Positions 41,940 to 54,300 of a DNA stretch of 64,000 bases are shown here, one piece after another. Each line of letters opens with the position of its first letter. The first letter of the stretch is position 1. The stretch spans positions 8,489,008 to 8,553,007 of the forward strand of contig CM119268.1 of NCBI GenBank assembly GCA_051294375.1, written 5' to 3'. This DNA comes from Paraspadella gotoi (taxonomy: Eukaryota; Animalia; Chaetognatha). Below the pieces are notes generated by a model that saw nothing but the letters and a program-made list of their open reading frames with translations, was not told the origin of the DNA and did no database searches. The translations under genes were made by a program, and so were the position numbers.

Positions 41940-43995
41940 TATAAACTCAAAAATTGTATCTCAATTCACAAATGTCAAGTGCTGATGAAGGCTCGAAATT
42001 GTGAGCCGAAACATGTCTTCTTTTATCACAAATAAAAATTGTTATAAAAAAATTCGAAAAACTTTGCTAATCTCTTACAACAACGAAAGAAAGGCTTATA
42101 CCATGAGTTTAAAATATAAAATTATAAGATAGTGAAACAAGTAATTTTGCAATTTTTTATATAAAATAAAAAAAATAAAAAAATAGGATATTTTTTGGTA
42201 TTAATTTTTAAACAAAATCTTTATCAAATATAAAACTTTAATTTGCTCATCATTGAAATTCAGTTAGTTTTAGCCCAAATATTTTTAATGAAAGATAAAA
42301 TAATTTTATTAAAAAAAATTAATAGCTAAAAATATGTTTGGTGTTTAGTATTTTGTGTTTGGTGACAGGGGTTGGAGTGTATTATATAGTTGTTTTTAAT
42401 TAAGATAAACATTTTTCAGTATGTTCAAGAATGTCATTTTTTACTTTGAGTTAAAATCTTTGTTAATGATGAAAAAATAGAAGGAGAATTTTTTTAGATT
42501 TTTTTTATTTAAAAATCATATCCATAGGATTTTCCATATCGAGCTCGAATTTTTTAATATAATCAGCTAGGGAGGTAATGAGTAATCCATATCATATTCT
42601 GCAAAGAATTCTAATGAGCTTTGACATTCTAAATAAGATACAAAACATTTTTGGGCGACTTGAGTCTTGTGTAGATTTTTACATCATCTTTGATCGAGGT
42701 TTTAATCTTGTCAATCATATCAGGATACAACTGAATATTACATTGCAATCTCTTTACATATATGCATCCTTATTGTTATTACTAATTTCTTTATTATCTG
42801 TTAATTTTTTTATTTATCAATGAATTAATCTTATTTAATAATTTTATTGGTTCTGGGTAGTAGCCAAGTAGTTCATGCTATCTGGGAAAAGTATTTTAGG
42901 GCTTAAAATATAGTAATAACAAATTGAAAATATAGTTGATAACGAAATTAAAACAATAAAAGAAAATATATTGTTTTATTTATCTTTAAAAATAAATATA
43001 AGCAAAATATTTTGATTTAGAAATTGCCTATCTTAAATTAAGAAAAATCATTTCTTTACCTAGGCAATTTCAGTAACACTTTGCTCAGTTAATCAGGCAA
43101 AATATTACCTAAGTTCACCCCTTAATAATTATTGAACAAATTAAAAGAATTAAAATTTGACAATCATCCCCTTTGCAGAAAATAAATTGTAGGTAGGAGC
43201 AACCCTCATTTGATGTGGCAGTAACTGTATCGGTTTTGTTTCGTTGATTGTATGCGCCAAAAAAAAAAAAAAAAAAGATCGACGACAATCTCGCCAAATT
43301 AAGAAATTGGGAAAAAAAAAGAAAGAAAAAGAAAGAAAAAGACGCTCGTTGGGAAACTCATCACGTCTGTGAAATGATTCCGACCTCAAGAGACAATCCT
43401 TGGCAATCGAGAGAAGCCTGTCACGCCTGATGACTGGAGAGTGGAAGCGACGATTCTGAAAATCGTTGAGGTATTGAATCTCCTTCAATTCGCGGAGATA
43501 CATCGATCCGTAGCCTGAAATTATAAATAACAATTATTTAACATAAAATTTACCTTAATATTCTTCTAATAAATACTTCGGTAAAAGCAATAAATCGTGA
43601 AAAAATTATAACGAAATAAATAAGCTATTTTGCCCAGGATAGGCGATGGTGTAATTGTAAATGTAATAACCAAATTAACAATTCACATTAATTTAAACAC
43701 AAAGACCATCTTGTCAGAAATCTACAATGGTAAATGCCACCTTTCGTACAAAACTACTTAACGCGTTTGAAGTGAAGACGAGGACTATGAGACTCAGAAA
43801 TGGTTTATTAATGAAAAAACTCACGTCACTTTATTTTGTATCCTTAACCCTTGACCTTCTGTCTCACCCAACTGTTTCACGCCTGTTTACTTCTTTAATG
43901 CACTTTTGTTCCTCTTCATTTATTACAGAGGTCGAGTTTGAGTGAAAACGGTTGCAAGCAGCGAGGTCGTTGCGGGAAAAAAACGAAGATGGTTA

Positions 43996-44067
<72 letters not shown>

Positions 44068-44797
44068 AAAACGATGGCTTTGAACGGATCGATGAATAAT
44101 GTGACGAAGCTTGCGGCGAAGAAAGCGACAGGCTTCAGTCGTGATGTCGCCGACTGAATTAGTTATTCCTGTTTTTCTTATTCACTTTCACAGTGGGCGC
44201 GGTTACGCGTGAAGAATTTTTATGTCGTGAAGGGATTTGAAATCGTGAAATATAATGTATGTTGTAAGGTAGTTTAGCTTGAACATGAATAATGACGAAA
44301 ACGTAGACAATGGTTTGGACAACTTTTCAAAATCGTCGAAGCATCAAATAATTTACCACAACTCATAAAAACATTATCACCGCCCATCGCAGTGATTTAA
44401 ACAATTTAAATATGTATATGTCTGGCAGCTTTGTTTTCCACATCCAGTACTTTATAAGTGTTGAGCCGAAGGCGTCTTTTCGCTACCGTCAGTCTCGTCT
44501 GCAGCCGTCGCCGCACTTACCGTCGCTGCTGCTCCCGGCGAAGATGGAGGTGCTGCGGCCGCGAAGAAAGAATTCCGCCGGCGACGTCTTCAGGTCTTTT
44601 CGGCGTCGAGCGTCTTTAGGTCTGGATGAAATCGATTAAGGTTATGAGGATAAATCGTGTCAGACGTAATGATTAAACAACACAACCTCCAATTGTTTAC
44701 GAATGTTTAATATTTAAGATATTTTTTATTATAACTGATCTTTATCTACGTTTGAAAAGGGAATACATTTAAACATAATTCCAACTGAGGATCTCTA

Positions 44798-44833
<36 letters not shown>

Positions 44834-45550
44834 ATATATATCTCTCTCTCTATCTCTCTCTCTCACCTTCGTTTTCTCTATCTCTCCCTTTTTTTCTCCC
44901 AATGTCAACTTCCGATGTTGGCAACCACCAAGATTCAAGATTCATGATTCAGGTGAATCGTTACTACAATGACAATGATGACGATAACTCTCCGCTGGAG
45001 TCATTTGTGAATTCCGGAAATGGTCTCGTTTCTGGCGGAAGACCCCGGACGCAGCCACCAATGAGCTCTTCCAACTGCCAAGCAAACGACTATCCATTTT
45101 CGATTTGACTTACATCGTGATCCGTCGTTAATCAGAGCGGAAGAGTTCCTAAGCGCTTCATTCTTCTAATCTCTTTCTCTCTTTCTCTTTCTATCTCTCT
45201 CTCTCTCGTTCTCTTTTTCTCCACATACACTCGCATAAGCGGCCAAAGTTTCAAAGCGACAAAACGATGTTCGTTTAAAAAAAAAAGGGACGTTTCCCAA
45301 ACGAGCCGCCGAATATTTTTCCCGTGAAATTCAAATGAAGCGCGCGTCGTGGAAAAGGGAGTCGCTTTTGCGGGAGAAAAAACCTCGAAGAAAGGTTTCC
45401 GCGTCAGGTGGGACGCGGGAAAGGATGTTGTTGGGGCGGTATGCTGGGGAAAAGAAGGTGATGGGGAAAAGGCGTTGCGTGGAAATCGAGCAAAGTAAAG
45501 AAAAGAAAAAGAAAAGAAAGAAAGAAAAGAAAAGAAAAAGAAAAGAAAAG

Positions 45551-45581
<31 letters not shown>

Positions 45582-48500
45582 GAAAAGAAAAAGAAGAAAA
45601 AAGAAAAGAAGAAAGAAAGGAAAGAAAAGAAAGAAAGAAAGAAGAAAGAAGAAAGAAAGAAAAAAGAAAGAAAGAAAGAAGAAAACAAAGAAAACGAACG
45701 AAAGAACGAACGAAGAAGAAGAAAAAGAAAAAGCAAGAAAGAAAAAGGCAAGAAAGAAAAAGCAAGAAGAAAAAGGCAAGAAAGAAAAGAAGAAAAGAAA
45801 AAAAAAGAAAGAAAAAAGAAAGAAAAGAAAAAAAAAAAAAAAAGAAGAAAAAAAAAAGAAAAAAAAAAAAAAGAAAAAAAAATTAGGAAGAAAATAAAAT
45901 GGGAAAGAAAGAAAGAATTGGGCTGCCGAATCGCCACCTCCTACAACTAGGGTTCCGTTAACCGTTTAATTTTGAGGGAACTTCGCTAACCGTTAAAATA
46001 ACGTTTTTTAAGCGTTTAACCGTTAAAATCGGTTGTTTAATTTTATTAATTTAACGTTTAAATTTTAAAATATAATATTTGAAACTAACTAAAGTATTTT
46101 TCTCCTTAACTCCGGCTACTAATAGTCTTTATTCTTTTATTTCAGATAGATGAGGTACACATATAGTTGATAAATTGAGGAAAATTGGTTTGAAAAAAAC
46201 AGCATTATAATAAATTTTTTTTTGCTTCATAGCCATAATAAAAAATATGAAAAAGACAATGAAAGAAAAAGCACAATGTTAATTTTAATTCTTGTATATT
46301 TGTTTTCTCTTTTCTCTTGCTTTCTTCTTCTTTCGTTTTTGGCTTTTGCACTTTTTCTCATCTATCTCTTCCTTCATTGATTTTTCTGATAGTTGGATTA
46401 GTTTCTCTGCTTGAAGCATGTTTTCTGGATTGTTAGTCTTTCATAAACCATGACCATTAACTATAAAATATAATTATAACTTATTGTATTTAAGACTTTC
46501 AGTTTTCGTTACGTTTTAGTTAAGTGAAAAGCCAGTTTATTTGTTTACAAACAAACAGGTTTTTTATTTTTAAAAAAAGGACATGTCAGACTACAATCAC
46601 CGCTGATGTAGACTCGGAAAAACTAGAGTCGAAACATGTCCGTTTTTTGGAATAAAAACCGGTTGTTGTAAACAAATAAACTTTGTTTTTCTCTTAATTA
46701 TTGAATTCAATTTATAATTGAATTGTTAAATGGATCGATTGATCAAAGAGTTATTAATTAATAAATATTTTTTTTAATTTTATTAAAGTCAAGTATATCA
46801 ATCATTGAAGGATAGTTTTAGTTAGCCTTAATGTCTTTTCAAAGATTCATTCCTTTCTATTGTTAATTTTTTAAATGTTTTCTATAATTAATTTTTTTTA
46901 TTTTAGTTTTTTTTAAATTTTTTCATTCATTCGCTTTATTATATTTATTCTTTGTTCATTTTAAAAATTGAAAGAAAAAGCTAAAAAAAGTAAAAGAAAA
47001 GAGATTATTTATTTTTTGATTAGCAAAATAGAATATTCTTTGCATGGGTAAAAAATTTGATTTGCCAAAAAAAATATATGCAGATGCAAATATTAATTTC
47101 AAAATATTCTTGATTTGTAAATGCTTAATTAGCTGAAAGGAAAAACGAAAACAATTGGGAGAAAGTTAAGTAAAAAAAAAATACCGGAAGGGCAGAAAAA
47201 AAATGATAATAGATTAAAATAGAAAAGATTAAAAGGGTTGAAATATAACAAAAGAAAAAATAGGGGAAAAATGTAGACAGAGAGAGGGGAAAATATAGTG
47301 AGAAAGGAAGAGAGGAGAAATAAGGAAAAAAAATTTTTTCTTAAAAAATCAAAGAATTTTCATAACAAAAATCTTACTTGAAAATAACCGAATTTAACCG
47401 TTAAAACTTAAATATATTAACGGTTAAGTTAAAATTATTTTTAACCGTTAATAACCGTTAACTGTTAACGGTTATCGGAACACTACTCCTAACGACAATA
47501 CTATTTCCTCCCTCTTTCTAACTATACCTCGGTTCTTATTAAGACGAGGGACCACCAATCTGCCTCTCGAAGCGAAGACCCGTTGGCGAGTCCTTGGCTC
47601 CGCGAGGCGATTGAAATCCGATACAAGTCATGACACTCCCGGTGAAATGTGGCCGCTTGAATAGCGCCACGGTTGACGTAACGGCGGCGTCAAAATTAAG
47701 GAGCGCCGTCACTTTACGATTCCTTTTTACCCCTGCAGAACTGAAGGAAGTGAAATATCGAAGTCCAACCTTATCGTACATTCTCATCCCCACCCCACCC
47801 CCCCCCAAGAAAAAAATAATCGACCACCATGATCGCCCTTCCCTTCGTCGATGCCGAATCCAATATTTTAGGCCCGCAGCGATTGGCGAACGAAAGCCAA
47901 TCGTAACAACGAAAGCGACAAGAACGGCCTCGCCTCGTCATCATCGCCCATACCGTTTGCAGCTGACCAAACTTCCTTCGCCTCAAAGCGAGGTCATTAT
48001 CGATACCGTCATCGTGAAGCGGAAAAAAGTATTTGTTGTTATAATCAACTTGGTCGTCAACATCATTTACGTCATAACAAAAAGAAAAAGTAAAAACGAG
48101 AGGAAAACAAAAGACAAAACGAAACAAAACCTGTAAGCGACGATGTGTTGTCCGTCTTTGTCGTCGACGCCGACGTAGACGACGAAGTACTGGACGACGG
48201 CGGCTTTGATCTCGATGATGTCGCCGAGCTCCAGCAAACCTGGAGCAGAGGGAAGGAAAGCGCTTTGTAGATAACGATAAACATATAGACAATCGAATTG
48301 TAACCATATTGACCAAAACTAATACAAAAATATTTTTATATAAAATTTTTTAAAAAAAATTAGAATTTTAAAATAATCCTAGTTTCATGAGATTTTGCGG
48401 ATCTACCACATTTAGTGTCTTATGGGTATACTGTAAGGTTTTATAAGTTTGAGAAATGGAAAGGGGTAAAAAAATAAAGAATAAACGAAAAAAACTAGCT

Positions 48501-48817
48501 CGATCAAAAAATCTTTGAAAACGTTTTACGGCAAAACCGAGTTAAAACACATCGCAAAACTAAAGTGTGGCACATCAGAATCTATACGAATACGACACAG
48601 TAGGCCAGTTTAATACGTCAACTCGTTTAGTAATTTTCGAATCACTACCTGTATTTGTAATAGTTTCAACCAAGATTCCATGCTTACCAGCCTCGATCAG
48701 CTGCTGGGGATCGCTGTACCATTTTGTTTTGAGCTTGTAATTAGCATTGAGCATCTTCTCCACCCGATCGGATTTCGGCCCCGATGCCGCGAAACGGGGC
48801 GAATCTATTTTTAGAAG
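32850..48817 (-). CDS. LRAT/PLAAT (NlpC/P60, H-rev107/FAM84/EGL-26-like) domain protein with a hydrophobic segment and long disordered C-tail; predicted catalytically inactive
   Basis: Phase-consistent GT-AG exons: 48817-48688 (WYSDPQQLIEA), 48239-48131 (GLLELGDIIEIKAAVVQYFVVYVG..HIVAY), 44621-44521, 43514-43385 (RRDRLLSIAKDCLL), 35387-35237 (RVNNEKDKYCLPREPQHIATRALSKVG..AGQSFSRWCRYG), 34620-34499 (hydrophobic GKIALIIVPAGTMIGG..GFVVVFG) and 34251-32850 (tail to stop). The start codon is uncertain: Met in exon 1 (MLNANYK) or an upstream ATG|GT at 50874. Confidence 0.82.
32896..32990 (-). repeat. Coding 21-bp tandem repeat (ANATNAV)
   Basis: ggcgttggctaccgcattggt is repeated within the terminal exon of the LRAT-like gene. 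Confidence 0.8.
34790..34967 (-). mobile_element. tRNA-derived SINE (tRNA-like head 34967-34897)
   Basis: On the minus strand GCGGCCA..TGGTCGT forms an acceptor-like stem. It has an A-box-like TGGTGCCGGAGG, a T-arm CCGGG-GTTCTAG-CCCGG (B box) and a loop CT-CCC-AA with a broken anticodon stem. The 3' boundary is approximate. Confidence 0.55.
36376..36421 (-). ncRNA. Mutated minimal hammerhead (Penelope-like remnant), inverted paralog of the 41977 copy
   Basis: The minus strand reads AAGTG-CTGATGA-AGGCT..AGCC-AAAA-CATGTC-TGCTT, with GAAA changed to AAAA. About 150 bp of flank is shared with 41940-42070. An error-rich duplicate lies at about 40700-40750. Confidence 0.55.
40605..41160 (+). repeat. 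Error-rich direct copy of 36285-36823
   Basis: It shares the Penelope remnant and a roughly 260-bp unit ending AATAAAA(GTTAAGAT)3. Confidence 0.8.
41977..42022 (+). ncRNA. Minimal type I hammerhead ribozyme (Penelope-like element terminal-repeat remnant)
   Basis: CTGATGA-A-GGCTC-gaaattgt-GAGCC-GAAA-CATGTC has an intact core, a 5-bp stem II, a palindromic ACATGT stem III and a GUC cleavage triplet. AATAAA follows downstream. Confidence 0.75.
45495..45915 (+). repeat. Polypurine (GAAAA/GAAA) low-complexity tract
   Basis: About 420 bp that is almost entirely A/G. A similar polypyrimidine tract lies at about 9650-9975. Confidence 0.95.
45948..47485. mobile_element. Non-autonomous hAT-like DNA transposon (MITE-like), copy A
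   Basis: The ends TAGGGTTCCGTTAACCG and CGGTTATCGGAACACTA are inverted repeats, with clusters of TAACCGTTAA motifs. The flanks CTCCTACAAC/CTCCTAAC resemble an imperfect TSD. Internal blocks are shared with copy B. Confidence 0.72.
46599..46644 (+). ncRNA. Minimal hammerhead ribozyme variant within an inverted Penelope-like remnant
   Basis: CTGATGT-A-GACTC-ggaaaaacta-GAGTC-GAAA-CATGTC has one core substitution. It is flanked by about 60-bp inverted arms at 46526-46586 and 46634-46692. Confidence 0.62.
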
Positions 48818-51330
48818 CTAAGGACGAGAAGAACTCGTCAATACGTTTTACGATTCGACAAATCCATTCAGTTTGGGGGATTGTAGTTTCCTATTCCTTC
48901 TCAAAAAAAATGGGAAAATGTATATCGCACCAAAAATGGAATTGACGCTTTTATTGACGATGTTAGCAGAAAGAAAAAAATACCATATAATTGTAAAAAA
49001 TAATTGGCAAAAATTTATATGCCACAAAATTTGCCAAGACGGAAAAAATCTCATACAACGATAATGATAATCCTCAGTAATTCCCCGATGAAGCGAAAAA
49101 TTAGAGAAGTTCTTGAAATTCTCAAGACGAAAATTCTTTATATATCCTTAAAAAAGCGAAACTTCGTATCTCACTCTCTGGTTTTTAAATTTTGGGACTG
49201 AAAGCAAGAATTTTCGGGTTTCCGACGCGAATTAAACTTTTTACAGAGAGACGCGAACGAGGACAGACGGAAGATAATTTTTTCTGGCGTTCCATTTTTT
49301 TTTTTCATTAACGGGGATACGATCGTCACGGGGCGTGGCAGCGCGTCGACGACGACGACCAGGAAGACGACGCGCGGTTCCGAGAAGCGGGACCGACGTC
49401 ACGAAATGGAGCCTCGACCAATGAGAAGGCCAGAATGGTGGCGCGGCGACGCGGAGAGGCGCGCGAGGACGAGTACATGGATTCTAGGACGGGATTTACT
49501 GGAGCGTGACGTTGAAAGGAAAAAGACGGGGAAAAGGATGCGACGAAAGGGCGGGAAAAGACGAATTGGTCCTGGTAGGAAGTCATTTTTTTTTTCAGCG
49601 GGAAACTGACTCCAGCATTGAACATTGAACAACATGCGAAACTCTCGTCCCACTTTTCATTTAATTTCTTTCTTTTGATGACGAGACCGTAATCAAGAAA
49701 CGGAGAAAAATGACTGCTCAACTTTTTGCAAGGGCCTTACCATAGCTAAAGATATTATGGATTTGCCATAAGCTAAAGTGACAGTAAAACAGAACTATCA
49801 ATATAAATATGTGACAAAAAAGAAATTAGAAAGTTTGTAAGAGTTTAATTTAAATTATCTGTACATGATCATGCAATCGATAGAGAAAAACAAGAACGGT
49901 TGTATCACAATATTTTTAAATCACCTAATGCGATAAAAAGGGATGAATATAGTTTAAGACTGCGATTTTAAACTCGAAACATTTTTCCTGACCCATAACA
50001 TAGAAAAACAAGCTAAGCCAAAAGGTAGACGACTATGATTTCTAACATAATTAGAAGGGGCATATAATGGTTCAGACGAAACAAAAGTATTCCGCAAATA
50101 AAGAGAACGAAAAGTTAAATAAAATGTTTTGAGCTACTTTCGTTTAAACATTTTTTTAAAAAGAATTGTCCGGTCTAAACAGAATCACCACTTGTATGAG
50201 ATACTTAGGTGACAGAGACAGGAAGGTAAATACATGGAACATTAAAGGTATTGTAAGGAAACAATTTTTAAAGCTACCTTAACCTCTCATATTATAAATA
50301 CAACCGCTGATTCAATTAAGCTTGATTATATCGATAATAACGCTTAAAAGAACCGCCCTGCATGATAATGACGACTGTCTTCACTATGGTCTATAGGTCA
50401 CATAATAAATACGCAAATTTTATATTTGAGAAAATAACATTCCCGCCGTAAATGCTACGAAAGTAACATTGTGTAAAAAAAGCAAATAATTTAACTGTTG
50501 GAACGGAACTTTTGAAAAATATCGCAGTTAAAGATATAATGAAATAGTTAAACTTTTCATTTTAAACATTTCTGGATAAAAATTAAGATCTACAAGTTTT
50601 ATAACCCATAGCTAAGAAAAACTGGCCTTTAAAACAATACGTAAATCTTAAAACCAACCTTCAGAAGATATTAGTAATAAAGAAAAAAAACCATTTTAGA
50701 TAACAAAGACTGTACTTTTCAGTCGGGCAAGGAAAGTCAGTCGCTATGTCTAACCAGCACTACATGTAAAATTCTTTTAAACAGTAAAATTCATGTTAAA
50801 CACTCATCATTTAAAAATGATTAAGTTTTGAAAAAAGATTATTCTTGTTAAAGGGCGCAAAAAAACATTACCATTGAAGCATGTTTCTACGAAATGGAAA
50901 GAAGTTCGGCCAGTCAAAACATTTGTCGATTTTCTAATCAAAATTTCGACAGAGTACGTTTAAAGGGAGAAAAAATGTAAGCGACATCTGGTATCAGATA
51001 TAGCGGTTTAGGTCTATGTTTTTTTGCATTGATACCAAAAAAGTAGATATACTCTTGAGTTCTCTAGCTCTCATTTAAACTTTACAATTATTTAGCAACA
51101 TAAATATGTGTAACCTAACTAAACTTGTCTTAGACAAGTGAACTTTTAAAAAAACTTGAGTTTTAATCACAAATATGTATCCTCTCTTTCACATATTCTT
51201 CACGAAGTTCGACTCCGAGTTGTTATGGTCCCGAGAAAGCGTGAGACTGCGCTTCAACAGTTGGGGAGTGAGGAAACGGGAAGGTGGAGAAAAAAGTGGC
51301 AGGGGGAAAGTAAGTTTGAAAATCTACAGT

Positions 51331-54300
51331 TCAGTCCAGATCCGTTTGAAAGATAAGCTTAACGTATCCGGCCTCTCCAGCGAGGGGGGTGGCGCAAAAG
51401 GGGCAGATGGCGCGAAATCCATGACATCCATGGGGAATCGGGACGTTGGCCCAAAATCTGAAATTCGGAGAAGACGGAATAAATTAGACGAATATTTAAA
51501 ATTAATTATGTATTGAATAATATTTGCCGAGTAATATTAATTTATAGCATTGCCCATAAAAAAGAGTAATCGTTTCCCCCCCCCCCCATGTGCCGTCCTC
51601 TCCCTTCTCCGACCACTTCCCACCGATCGCCGGACCGAGAAAGCTCACGTTGGCCTCATCGATTGTACCTTTTCGTAGCGGGTCGAGACTCAAGAGAGAG
51701 AGCGTGCGATCCGATTCCCGGTCGGGATCGGGTTTCCTCAACGCGGCCAGAGATCGAGAAACGCATTCAAAAATCAAATAAAAACAATTCTTAATTTTTA
51801 ATCCATCCAACGAACGAGATACTTAAAGCTAAACCATAAAATCCCGGCGTCGGATTTAAAGTTGGTTCCTTTCTTTAATAATGGGTTATCGATTGAACAA
51901 ATAGTTAAAAAACTTGTTTGGTCATCGAAAAACTAATCCGTATAAAAATATATAAATCGTATTTCGTTCGGCCGAAAAAAAAACCCCCAAAAAATCAAAA
52001 CAAAACTTCCGGAAATAATCAATTAATTAAATCAGACACAAAGTTTACTGCGTCAAGTCGCCTAGTCATAGCAAAGAGGCTTATCAATTGGCTGACGAAA
52101 CAACATGGCAGGGGGCGTGGTAATTCTAAACGCGAAGCTAAAACGCGACAGCGACGACGTCCCCTGGGGGTTTCGGCTCGTCGGCGGAGCGGATCAAAAG
52201 AACCACCCACATTTCGTCCTTGAAAGGGTGAGAGTGAGAGTGATCGGGGAAATGAAAGAGCTAAAGAAGGACGCGAGAATTAGATGTAAAAAGTTGATGC
52301 AACGGGAAGAGTTATTTTTCAAAGTGAATGATGCAAGACTGTGATGAAAGAAAGAAAATTTTTTAGGATATCCAATGTAGGTAAAACTTATAATAAAACG
52401 ACATTGTGATAAGAAGCAGTCGTTTTCTCTTGAACAAATTTTCAAAATGTTTTGATTTTCAGATAACCGAAGGATCTTTGGCGGCTAAAGCAGGTTTAGA
52501 AGCAGGGGATGTAATATTCATAGTGAACGATCAGCCTTTGGCCGGCCTAACTCACCAAGGAGCTTGCGAGGTCATCAATGCAGGACAAGACACACTCATA
52601 ATGAGAATTAAACGGTGATAACTAAAAATCTGCTATTTACGCTGCATGACAAGGTTAAAAGTTAATGTTAACTTACAAGTTAATGTTTTTTACAGTCTTC
52701 CTAAACCCAGAGGTGGAATAGGAGCCTCCAGTATGGCCAAAGACCCGCATCAAAACAAAGGGCCCTCGATTATAGACCAAGTAGCTAAAGGAGCAAGTCA
52801 GCAGGTTAGACAAAAAAAAACAAAAACATATAATATTTCTATATATATAAAGACATTTTAATATCGAACAGGCTAAGCTTCTGGCGAAAAGCGGTCAGCC
52901 CAGTTTCATCGTCGAGGTGGCGCCGAATCTCATGTTGTCGCACACCCAACCCAACACGCCTCTCAACATGTACAGCGAGGGCAACATAGAAGAGTCCATC
53001 AGCACGCAACTCAACGACTTCATAACGTAAGGGACCGAAGGAACAGAGTTAAAATCTCTTTAAAGTTACGGATGATGAAAACCAGATTTTTTCGATCATC
53101 AACCTCATCATAAATGAAAGAAGATATTTTTATGTTGTTATTGTTCACGGTAGAACGATATATCAAAATAATTTATTAAATCATAAAATATTTTAGGATT
53201 TTAGGAAATCTTAGTTAAAGTTAAAAATTGTTTTTAAATTTTTATTAATCTTAAAGGAAAAATCCGAAATTCGACTACCTGAAAACGTGACTGACAAGGC
53301 AGCAGTCCAGAAGACACTACGAAAGAAAAGTACATTATTCATTATTTTGTGAAACCCATGTTGTTATTAATGCTTCACAATACAACTCTGAAGACTAAAG
53401 CTCTATGAATTTATTCATTATTGAAAACGTCTTTTGTTGACGACCTATTTAACTACTTTCGAAAGGGGAGCAGATGGCAGCACCGAAAAGGCTAACACTG
53501 CCTGACGCAATAACCGGTCGTCTCCACATCAACCGGTTCTCTTCTTCCCAAAGTTTTTATTAGCTGATCGATCGAGAGCATTCATTCAGTTCGCCTTCCT
53601 TCCCGTCCACAGATCAAGATGGATTTCTCCGCCTAAAACTTACTTTTCGCTCTCTAGTAAACGATGGCCCCTCCAATAACTTACTTTCACCAACTATCGC
53701 TAGCGGAATCGGAACATAGTCGACAAAAAGAGCACCAACGGCGAGATGAATCGCAGCCTTTGACCACGACGCCCGTCAACTATTGTCTCCTCAGAGGAAT
53801 GTCAAACTCCATCACAGGAAGCGTCGGAAAATCAGTGAGAGCCGTCCTGTCAGCCTTCTCCAACTTAGAAGGGAATTCGCGAAATTAAGGGAAAAAGAAT
53901 CCCGATTCGCGGAAAGGAAATCGAAAAGAAAATAATCGCAATTGTCTTAGCAAACATTTTAACAATCATAAATCTTCAAAAACGCTTCTAAAGAATCCTT
54001 TCATTTAAATAAGCCCATGGCTCCCAAATTAAAAGTTCCCGGGAACATGAGTCAGCCCTGCGCGACCCTCGTCCAATCACCCCCGCGACGAGTGGATCCT
54101 CGCACTTGGAAGATTTTGCGTGAACCTTTGGAAAAATCCTTCGATAACGCGAAGAAAGAATTCTCGACGAATCTGAAGGAAATTCAGGAGGAAAACGTCA
54201 GGTCCTCGCAAAAGTCTTCCGAGACCACGAAAAACAACTGGGCAACGCCCATTGAAAAAGTGCTCGACGCGGAATCTCAGCGACTCTTCTCGTCCATCCT

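Noticed and set aside
47539-48136. GC-richer ORFs inside the LRAT-like intron
   Set aside because: There is no phase-compatible open exon (the in-phase reading stops after six codons) and no recognisable domain.
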